Source of the DNA: an uncultured Chloroflexia bacterium
GTDB taxonomy: Bacteria; Chloroflexota; Anaerolineae; CG2-30-64-16
Direction of reading: 5' to 3'
Length of the DNA: 64,000 nucleotides
Assembly (NCBI GenBank): GCA_963774265.1
Contig: CAVZDU010000002.1
Location: 352,001-416,000, forward strand
Positions 28,829 through 36,893 of the stretch are shown here, in pieces. The position numbers and the translations under genes are program-made. Each line of letters opens with the position of its first letter. Within the stretch, counting starts at the first letter, position 1. The notes beneath the pieces were generated by a model. That model was given only the letters and a program-made list of their open reading frames with translations, was not told the DNA's origin and did not search any database.

Positions 28829-30273
28829 ATGAAACCAGCTCCCTTTGCGTATTACGCCCCCAGAAGCCTTGACGAGACCCTGGTTCATCTGGCTGAGTTG
28901 GGGTACTCCGGCAAAGTCCTCGCCGGTGGCCAAAGCCTGATCCCGGCCATGAACTTCCGCCTCGCACAACCGGGTGCTCTGGTCAATCTGAACACGGTCC
29001 CCGAGCTATCGTATATTCAGGTTGCGGCCGGCGGCGGAGTGCTGATCGGCGCGATGACGCGTACCAGCACCGTCGAGCACGACCCCTTGATCGCGCAGCG
29101 CGCCCCCTGCTGACTGAATCGATACCTCACATTGCCTGGGCACAGATCCGCAACCGGGGTACGTTTGGCGGGAATGTTGCGCATGCGGACCCTGCCGGCC
29201 ATCTGCCCGCCATCACTGTCACCCTGAACGCCCGCCATCATGTGCAGAGCCGACGCGGCGACCGCTGGCTCTCATCAGATGACTTCTTCACCGGCGCGTT
29301 CATGACGGCGCTGGAGCCAGACGAACTGCTGGTCGAAGTGGCCGTGCCGCCCATGCCGCCGCGCAGCGGGTGGAGCTACAAACAGGCCGCACGACAGGCC
29401 GGCGCCGAAGCGATGGTCGGCGCGGCTGCCCTGGTCAGCCTGGATGAACATGGCCGCTGCTCGCAGGCGCGCCTCTCGTACATCAGTGTAGGCGAAGTGC
29501 CCCCTCTCGCCCGCAACGCGGCCAAAGTGCTGGTTGGCGAGGCGCCCACACTTGAGGCCATCCGGGCGGCTGCCGAGGCCGCGATCTCAGACGTCGATCC
29601 GGGCGAGGACATCCACGCGACGGCTGATTACCGCCGCTTCCTCGTGCGAACGCTGACCCGACAAGTGCTCACCCAGGCATTTGAACGTGCGAGCACGGGG
29701 TATTCGATTTTGGGTTCTGAAGTCTCTCATAGTCGCCCAGACCGCGCCGCCACCCACCACCCCATACCCGATATCCAGGCCCTGAAGACCGAACCTGCCT
29801 GCCCGACTCTCCCCATCATCGTCACCGTCAACGACGTCCGTTACGAACGCACAGTCGAACCCCGCCTGCTCCTGAGTGATTTCATCCGCCATGAGCTTGG
29901 GCTCACCGGCACCCATGTCGGCTGCGAGCACGGAGTCTGTGGCACCTGCACCGTCTTGCTGGACGGACAGCCGATCCGCTCCTGCCTGACCTTCGCGGTT
30001 CAGGCCCACGGCCATAACGTCCGCACGGTGGAGGGCTTGGGGACGATCGACAACTTACACCCGCTGCAGGAAGCGTTCCGCGACGCGCACGGCCTCCAAT
30101 GTGGCTTCTGCACGCCGGGCTTCTTGATGACCCTGCTGCCGTTCCTGGATGAAAACCCGAACCCATCAGAGCAGGAGATCCGTGAGGCGATCTCGGGCAA
30201 CCTGTGCCGGTGCACCGGGTATCAGCACATCGTCGAGGCGGTGAGGCTGGCCGCGGAAAGGATGCCGAGATGA
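28829..30273 (+). CDS. Mo-hydroxylase II FAD subunit (CoxM-like; frameshift near 29105) continuing in frame into the 2x[2Fe-2S] subunit (CoxS-like)
   Basis: MKPAPFAY, LAGGQSL, IRNRGTFGG, DIHATADYR, then GCEHGVCGTC, QCGFCTPG and NLCRCTGY in the same frame. Confidence 0.82.
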
Positions 30274-32621
30274 AGTACGTGGGTCAACGCATCAAGCGCA
30301 ATGAGGATCCTCGCCTGCTGACCGGGCAGGCGCTCTTCGTGGACGATGTGCAAATCCCAGGCATGCTGCATGCCGGATTCCTGCGCAGCGACTATGCCCA
30401 TGCACGCATCCGCAGCATCGACGTATCGAAGGCGCGGATGCGACCTGGCGTGGTGGCTGTCTACACCGCGGAAGACATGGGCGACTTCTGGAAACCCGGC
30501 CCCCTGCTGGTGCCCGCGCCCCACTCGATTCCCGGCCTGATCTTCAACAAACGCACGCAACTCCCCATGGCCCGCGCCGGGGATAAGGTCCGCCACGCCG
30601 GAGAGGCGCTTGCCTGTGTCATCGCCGAGAGCCGCTACATCGCCGAGGACGCGTTCCAGGACATCGAGGTTGACGTGGAACCGCTCGGGGTCGTCGCTGA
30701 CCTGGAAGGCGCCCTGGAACCGGGTGCACCTCTGGTCCACGATGAGTTAGGTACGAACCTCGCCTCTTATGTCAAGCAAGAAAAGGGCGACTACGCTACT
30801 GCCCGCGCCCAGGCCGACACGGTAATCAGCCGCCGGATAGTGATCGATCGTGGGGCCGCGGCTGCGCTGGAGAACCGCGGTTACGTCTCCTGGTGGGATC
30901 CAAAAACCCAGGAGTTGACCGTTTGGGCGACCACCCAGGCGCCCATCGCCTACCGCAACGTCATCGCCGGCTTGTTGGGGCTGTCCGAGAGCCAGGTGCG
31001 GGTGATCGCGCCCTTTGTCGGCGGCGGTTTCGGCCCCAAGATTATGCTCGGCCAACCCGAGGAGCAGTTGCTTGCCTGGAGCACCCTTCGCCTGGGCCGG
31101 CCGATCAAATGGATCGAGGACCGCCAGGAGAACTTCTTGACTACCACTCAAGAGCGCATGCAAGTCCACGACGTGGAGATAGCATTGACGCGAGATGGCA
31201 AGATCCTCGGGCTGAAGGATGTCTTCATCCACGACACGGGCGCATACAACCCCTACGCCTTGACGGTCCCGCTGAACACGCAGACCCACACCATGGGGCC
31301 GTACGAGATCCCGAACTTTCACACCGAATACAGGGTGGTCTTCACCAACCGCATCATCGTCACCCCGGTGCGCGGCGCGGGCCGGCCCCAGGGCGTCTTT
31401 GTGATGGAGCGCATGCTCGATCTGGCGGCCAAAGAGCTGGGCCTGGACGTTACCGAGATCCGGGCGATGAACATGATCCGGCCCGATGAGTTCCCCCACC
31501 CACAGGGGATCATCGGCCAGGACTTCACCGAGCTCATCTACGATAGCGGCAACTTCCCTGCGACGCTGGAAAAGGCGAAGGCCCTGATCGGTTACGACCA
31601 GTTCGTACACGAGGAGCAGCCCAGGCTGCGCGCCGAGGGCAAACTCATCGGCATCGGCGTGGCCTGCTTCACTGAGGGTAGTGCCGTGGGGCCGTATGAA
31701 GGCGCCCGGGTAACTGTGGAATCGAGCGGCAAGGTGAATGTAGCGACAGGCGTCGGCACGCAGGGCCAGGGGCACTTCACGTCATTCGCCCAGATCGTGG
31801 CTGACCAGGTGGGGGTGCCGCCTTCCGACGTGCACATCACCACCGGCGACACGCAGAAGTTCCACTGGGGCACCGGCACCTTCGCCAGCCGCGGTGCGAC
31901 GATTGCGGGCAACGCCATCAACGCTGCAAGTGCGAGCGTGCGCGCCAAGATCCTCAAGCTGGCCAGCAAGGTGCTCGAAACGCCGGAGCAGGAGCTGGAG
32001 ATAGTCGACGGCCTCGTACGGGTGGGCGACATCCCCGAAAAATCGATTACGCTGGCTGAACTGGCGGTGAAAGCCAACCCCATGCGCGGGTCGGTGGAGC
32101 CGGGGACAGAGCCTGGCCTGGAAGCCACCTCTTACTTCGGTCCCAAATACGGCGCGACCGGCGCAGGCACGTGCGCGATGATCGTGGAAGTGGACCCCGA
32201 CACGATGCTGGTAGAGATCAAGCGCTACGTGATCGCCCACGACTGCGGTACGGTGCTCAACCCGCTGATCGTCGATGGCCAGATCCACGGCGGCGTGTCG
32301 ATGGGCATCGGCCAATCATTCTATGAGAAGCTGGCGTGGGATGAGAACGGCCAACTGCTTAACGCCAATCTGGGCGACTACCTGCTGCCACGCGCCACCG
32401 ACATGCCGATCATGCAGATAGGCCACCTCAACACGCCATCGCCGCTCAACCCGATGGGCTCGAAGGGAGTCGGCGAGGCTGGCGCTATCCCCACGCCTGC
32501 CTGCTTTGTCCAGGCGGTGGAAAACGCGCTGATCCGATACGATCTGGAGATCCTGGAATCGCCGCTAAGCCCGAATCGGCTGTTCGAAGTAGTTCATGGC
32601 CAACCAGAAGGGATCGAGTAG
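30270..32621 (+). CDS. Mo-hydroxylase II large subunit (CoxL-like, not a CO dehydrogenase)
   Basis: R.EDPRLLTG, VGGGFGPK, PVRGAGRPQ active-site loop, GQGH, FASR, GQIHGG, KGVGE. Confidence 0.9.
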   Translation: MKYVGQRIKRNEDPRLLTGQALFVDDVQIPGMLHAGFLRSDYAHARIRSIDVSKARMRPGVVAVYTAEDMGDFWKPGPLLVPAPHSIPGLIFNKRTQLPMARAGDKVRHAGEALACVIAESRYIAEDAFQDIEVDVEPLGVVADLEGALEPGAPLVHDELGTNLASYVKQEKGDYATARAQADTVISRRIVIDRGAAAALENRGYVSWWDPKTQELTVWATTQAPIAYRNVIAGLLGLSESQVRVIAPFVGGGFGPKIMLGQPEEQLLAWSTLRLGRPIKWIEDRQENFLTTTQERMQVHDVEIALTRDGKILGLKDVFIHDTGAYNPYALTVPLNTQTHTMGPYEIPNFHTEYRVVFTNRIIVTPVRGAGRPQGVFVMERMLDLAAKELGLDVTEIRAMNMIRPDEFPHPQGIIGQDFTELIYDSGNFPATLEKAKALIGYDQFVHEEQPRLRAEGKLIGIGVACFTEGSAVGPYEGARVTVESSGKVNVATGVGTQGQGHFTSFAQIVADQVGVPPSDVHITTGDTQKFHWGTGTFASRGATIAGNAINAASASVRAKILKLASKVLETPEQELEIVDGLVRVGDIPEKSITLAELAVKANPMRGSVEPGTEPGLEATSYFGPKYGATGAGTCAMIVEVDPDTMLVEIKRYVIAHDCGTVLNPLIVDGQIHGGVSMGIGQSFYEKLAWDENGQLLNANLGDYLLPRATDMPIMQIGHLNTPSPLNPMGSKGVGEAGAIPTPACFVQAVENALIRYDLEILESPLSPNRLFEVVHGQPEGIE

Positions 32622-33269
32622 ATGAAGCTAGACGGCGAACACGTTTTCCACGGACCGCGTGATGCGGTCTGGGCGTTGATACGCGACCCGGAGGCGCTGG
32701 CCCAGGCGCTGCCCGGCACAGAGACCCTCACGAAGCTCAGCGAGAACGAGTACGAGGGCCGGATGAACGTGCGCATCGGCCCGGTATCCGGCGTCTTTTC
32801 CGGCAAGGTGCTGGTGTCGGACGAGGCGCCACCTGAAACCTGCACCCTCACCGCAGAGGGCAAGGGGGCGCAGGGTTTTGCCAAAGGCGTAGGTCGAATA
32901 CAATTGATCGATCAGGCTGACGGCACGACGCTGATGAAGTACGAGGGCGACGTGCAGATCGGCGGCAAGCTGGCAAGCGTCGGCCAAAGGTCGCTGGACA
33001 CAGTGAGCAAAAGCATGATCCGCCAGGGCCTGACCGCTCTGGACGCCGCCCTGGAAGCACGCATGGTGGCCGCCGCGGCCGGCAAGGAGGTTGCGTACCA
33101 GCCCCCGACCGAAGCCGAGTTCGCTGCGGCCGTCGCCAAAGATGTGGCCAAAGAAGTGGCCGGCGACCTGAGAGAGCGGGCAATGACCAGCCAATCTGCG
33201 CGCATGCTGTTGGTCATCATTCCGCTCGTCGTCATTCTGGTGATCATTGCGCTGATCGTGTCCAGATGA
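32622..33269 (+). CDS. coxG: CoxG-family protein with C-terminal membrane anchor
   Basis: VW..IRDPEALAQALPG, IGGKLASVGQR, hydrophobic C-terminus. Confidence 0.85.
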   Translation: MKLDGEHVFHGPRDAVWALIRDPEALAQALPGTETLTKLSENEYEGRMNVRIGPVSGVFSGKVLVSDEAPPETCTLTAEGKGAQGFAKGVGRIQLIDQADGTTLMKYEGDVQIGGKLASVGQRSLDTVSKSMIRQGLTALDAALEARMVAAAAGKEVAYQPPTEAEFAAAVAKDVAKEVAGDLRERAMTSQSARMLLVIIPLVVILVIIALIVSR

Positions 33270-33440
33270 TGCGGCCGATCTCAGACCCACTCGCGGGATC
33301 GAAAGGAGGTGATAACCTGCCGTTACGTCGATCGTTGTCCTAGCGTCCACCAGCGTGGCACAGATCGCAGGTCCCGCTGTCCTGGGCAGTGAGAGGAATT
33401 GGAAGCGACGCATTTCCACCCCCAAGTAAGGAAGGTAATA

Positions 33441-34859
33441 ATGGCTGCTACCGCCACCAAGTCGAAGGTCATGGGATACCTGCCGAACGACACTCCGCCG
33501 ATCGGCCAGATGATCCTTCTGGGCTTCCAGCACGTCCTCACCATGTTCCCGGCCACCGTGCTGTGCGCCATCCTGATGCATTTCCCCGTCAGCACGGTGT
33601 TGACCATCACCGGACTGGGTACGGTCATCACCCTGGTCGTCAGCAAACTGACTATCGGCACCTATATCCCCCTCTATTATGGCTCCAGCTTCAGCTACAT
33701 CACAGCCGTGCTGGGCATCATGGCCGCTAAGGGCGTCACCGAGGGCACTGCACCGCCGGAGGTCGTCTCTGTGGTCACCGCCGGTTTCATCGCCACCGCC
33801 ATCATCAATGTGGTGGTCGGCCTGATCATCCGCGTCACGGGCGGCAAGAAGGGTCTGGACCATGTCCTGCCCGCCATCATCACCGGCCCGGTGGCCTGCA
33901 CCATCGGCATCGGCCTGGGCGCTTCGGCGCTGCAAATGGCGAGCGGCACCTGCTGCGGGGTCAGCGATCCCGGCATGCAGCTCAAGTGGTGGGCCGCGGC
34001 CATCATCACGCTGTTGGCCGCCTACATCCTGTCGGTCTACCTCCAGGGCAAGGGCTTCGTCGGCATGCTGCCAATCCTGTTGGCTGCCATCATCGGCTAC
34101 CTCGTCTCCATTCCGCTCGGCCTGGTGAACTGGGGGGCGTTCGGCCAGGAGGCCTTCCTGCGGGCCCCGGTCATCACGCTTCCGCGCTTCAACGACCCGC
34201 TGACCCTCACGGCGGTTGTTGGCATCGGGATCATGGCCATCGCCACTATCCCTGAATCCACGGCGCACTTGTACCAGATCAGCCTGTACGTGGATCACCT
34301 GGCCGAAGAACAGGGCCGCAAGAAGTACGGCCTTGCGGAGTATATCGGCTTGAACCTGATACTGGACGGACTTGACGACTTTATCAACGGCCTGTTCGGC
34401 TCCACCGCCGGCACCAATTACGGCGAGAACAACTCGCTCATGGTGATCACCCGCAACTATGCCGGCCCAGCCCTGATCACTGCTGGGTTGATCGCGGTCG
34501 TGCTCGGCTTCATCGGCCCGCTGGCCGAGGCGATCTCCAGCATCCCGACCGCAGTCTCAGGTGGTCTGGCGATCTACCTGTTCGGCGTCATCGGCATGCA
34601 GGGTATCGCGCTCATGATGGCCGAGAAGGTGAATCTGTACGACCCGAAGCAGTTGGCAATCGGCGCGACCATCCTGATCATCGGCATCGGCGGAAACATC
34701 GGCTTCCCCGGAGGCTTCCTGCCGATCCCGCTGCTGACCGGGATCTTCCCCAGCGGCTGGCCGGCGATCGCGACCGGCGCAGTGGTCGGCATCCTGCTGA
34801 ACCTGATCACGCTGGCCTGGAAGCCGCCCATGGAGCGCACGAACATCCTGAACCGCTAG
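33441..34859 (+). CDS. NCS2/NAT nucleobase permease, UraA/RutG-like (pyrimidine-type residues)
   Basis: QH..MF, GSSFSY, E.T.H in TM8 (IPESTAHL), and NAT motif YGENN..M.ITR with Glu, as in UraA. Confidence 0.85.
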   Translation: MAATATKSKVMGYLPNDTPPIGQMILLGFQHVLTMFPATVLCAILMHFPVSTVLTITGLGTVITLVVSKLTIGTYIPLYYGSSFSYITAVLGIMAAKGVTEGTAPPEVVSVVTAGFIATAIINVVVGLIIRVTGGKKGLDHVLPAIITGPVACTIGIGLGASALQMASGTCCGVSDPGMQLKWWAAAIITLLAAYILSVYLQGKGFVGMLPILLAAIIGYLVSIPLGLVNWGAFGQEAFLRAPVITLPRFNDPLTLTAVVGIGIMAIATIPESTAHLYQISLYVDHLAEEQGRKKYGLAEYIGLNLILDGLDDFINGLFGSTAGTNYGENNSLMVITRNYAGPALITAGLIAVVLGFIGPLAEAISSIPTAVSGGLAIYLFGVIGMQGIALMMAEKVNLYDPKQLAIGATILIIGIGGNIGFPGGFLPIPLLTGIFPSGWPAIATGAVVGILLNLITLAWKPPMERTNILNR

Positions 34860-34980
34860 TCCTGGTCCCAGGACCCAATCGAGTGTTGCATGAGGCGGTA
34901 AATGTGTTGCGCAGCGCCGCCTCACGCAGCATTCGCTGCCCAATCAGCCGCTGTCGCACCGCGGGACACCAGAGGACGAC

Positions 34981-35475
34981 ATGATCCTTGATTTCAACCT
35001 TGCCACCACCAAAGAGATGATGCACGCGAGTGCGCCCCAAGCCGAGTTTCAGGCCGAGCTGCGCGCCATCGTAGGCTATCACATGCCGACCAAACGCATC
35101 GTTGCGATCGGCGATACCGCGGACGACATCCACAGGAATGCTCCCGAATACTGGGAGAAGAACGGCAAGCAGATTGAATTTGTCCACCCCTTCGACTTCG
35201 CCCACGCGCGCTCCACCTCCCACCCCTACGAACCGCTGATTGCGGCGCGAGTGGTATCCTGGTTGGCCAACAAGGCCTTCAGCCAGATGAAACACCAGGG
35301 CTTCAAGCGCCTTTTGCTGAGCCCATGGGTGGATCGCGTTAATTACAACCTTCAGCTCGAGGGCTTCGAAAAACTGCCGGTCGACGTCCGCCGTCAATTT
35401 GTAAAGCATCTCAAGAAGCTCCTGGTTGCAGTCCGGCGCGTGGAAATCAACGGAGAGAAGGTGTTGGGGCGGTGA
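34981..35475 (+). CDS. Hypothetical protein, possibly MreB/actin domain-I-only
   Basis: 164-aa ORF with SD gagga; weak resemblance to the MreB N-half (IVGYHMPTKRIVAIG, FVHPF, LPVDVRR). Confidence 0.55.
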   Translation: MILDFNLATTKEMMHASAPQAEFQAELRAIVGYHMPTKRIVAIGDTADDIHRNAPEYWEKNGKQIEFVHPFDFAHARSTSHPYEPLIAARVVSWLANKAFSQMKHQGFKRLLLSPWVDRVNYNLQLEGFEKLPVDVRRQFVKHLKKLLVAVRRVEINGEKVLGR

Positions 35476-35506
35476 CCCAGGTCTCCAAATACGGAGGTTG
35501 ACAACG

Positions 35507-36402
35507 TTGCAACCCTTTGACTACGTCATTCCCAAAGACTATCAGGAGGCCAGTGCGCTGTTGGCGGCTGGCAATGGGTCCGTGCGCGCGCGCTACAGGG
35601 CGGCACGGACCTTTTGATTCGCATCCGCAACGGATTCGTTCGCCCCAAACGCGTCATCGATCTCAAGGGCCTGCCCGGCATGCGCGAAATTCGCGTGAGT
35701 GCCGACGGCTGGCTGGTCGTTGGCGCCGCGTGCACGATGAACCAGGTGGGCCTGCATCCGCTGGTGTGCGAGAGCTATGGCGTGCTTGCCGAGGGATGCA
35801 ACTCGGTCGCGTCGTATCAGCTCCGAAACCGCGCGACCGTCGGCGGCAACTGCTGCAACGCCAGCCCCGCCGCGGACACGGCGCCCGCCCTCCTCTGCCT
35901 CGAGGGCGTGGTTGAGATCTTCGGTCCCGATGGAACTCGCCGGGCAGCAGTCAACGACTTCTTCACCGGACCAGGGCGCACGGTGCTCCGGAAGGGTGAG
36001 TTCCTCACCAGCATTCATCTTCCGCCCTTTCCTGGACGCTCCGCGGGTGCATACCATAAGCTCGGCCGGACACGAATCGGCGACATATCACTGGTCAGCG
36101 TCGCCGTGCACTATCACCAGGCGGAAAATGGCGCGACCTGGCGCATCGCGATCGGCGCGGCGGGTCCCACGCCCCTGCACGCGCCCGAGGCCGAGCTATC
36201 CCTGGCACAAGATACGTCAGCGGATGGTATCGCGCGTGCGGCGGACCTGGTCTCGTCGGCCGCGTGGCCCATCGATGACATCCGCGGCAGCGCAGCCTAT
36301 CGCCGGGCGATGGTGGCCGTGCTGGCCCGACGCGGCATCGAACGCGTGCTGGCGGCGCTTAGCTCTCGCAGCACTCCTCCCGCGACAGGAGGACAGGCAT
36401 GA
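35507..36402 (+). CDS. Mo-hydroxylase III FAD subunit (frameshift near 35595)
   Basis: TTG start with SD ggagg; (G)GTDL, IDLKG, LRNRATVGGN..NASPAAD, IDDIRGSAAYR. Confidence 0.87.
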
Positions 36403-36893
36403 AACATCGAATACAGTTTACTGTCAACGGCGAGCCGTATGACATCGAAGTTCCCTCGCACCACACGCTGCTGCAGGTGCTGCGCGAGCAATTGGTGCTG
36501 ACCGGCACGAAGAACGGCTGCGAGGCAGGTGAATGCGGCGCGTGCGCAGTGCTCATGAACGGTGAGCCGGTCAATTCATGCATGGTACTGGCGCCTGAAG
36601 CCGACGGCGCCGCCATCACGACCATCGAGGGCCTGGCGCACGACAGCGAGCTCGACCCGCTGCAGGAGGCATTCGTCGCGACCGGCGCGACGCAATGCGG
36701 TTTCTGCACGCCGGGCATCCTCGTCAATGCCCGCGCCCTGCTGGATCGGAACGCCAATCCGACCGATGCGGAGATTCGCGAGGCATTGGTGGGCAACCTG
36801 TGCCGCTGCACGGGCTACATCCGCATCATCGACGCGATCAAGATCGCGGCGATCAAAATCGCGGCCCGGCAGCGCAGCGAGGTGCTCCGATGA
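36399..36893 (+). CDS. Mo-hydroxylase III 2x[2Fe-2S] subunit
   Basis: GTKNGCEAGECGAC, QCGFCTPG, GNLCRCTGY. Confidence 0.95.
   Translation: MKHRIQFTVNGEPYDIEVPSHHTLLQVLREQLVLTGTKNGCEAGECGACAVLMNGEPVNSCMVLAPEADGAAITTIEGLAHDSELDPLQEAFVATGATQCGFCTPGILVNARALLDRNANPTDAEIREALVGNLCRCTGYIRIIDAIKIAAIKIAARQRSEVLR

Noticed and set aside
29111-29113. TGA after Cys in the CoxM-like gene as selenocysteine
   Set aside because: Homology resumes in another frame (LLTESIPHIA..QIRNRGT) after a C-run, so this is an indel, not read-through.
28829-33269. Aerobic CO dehydrogenase (coxMSL-G, with coxDE nearby)
   Set aside because: The large subunit has PVRGAGR, not the Cu-binding AYxCSFR of form I nor the AYRGAGR of form II.
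33270-33440. Purine riboswitch or PyrR attenuator before the NCS2 permease
   Set aside because: I could not find the purine-riboswitch core or a PyrR loop motif by eye; an Rfam search would be decisive.
36834-36866. 15-bp duplication giving AIKIAAIKIAA in the Fe-S subunit tail
   Set aside because: Simple slippage in a non-conserved tail; no sign of function.
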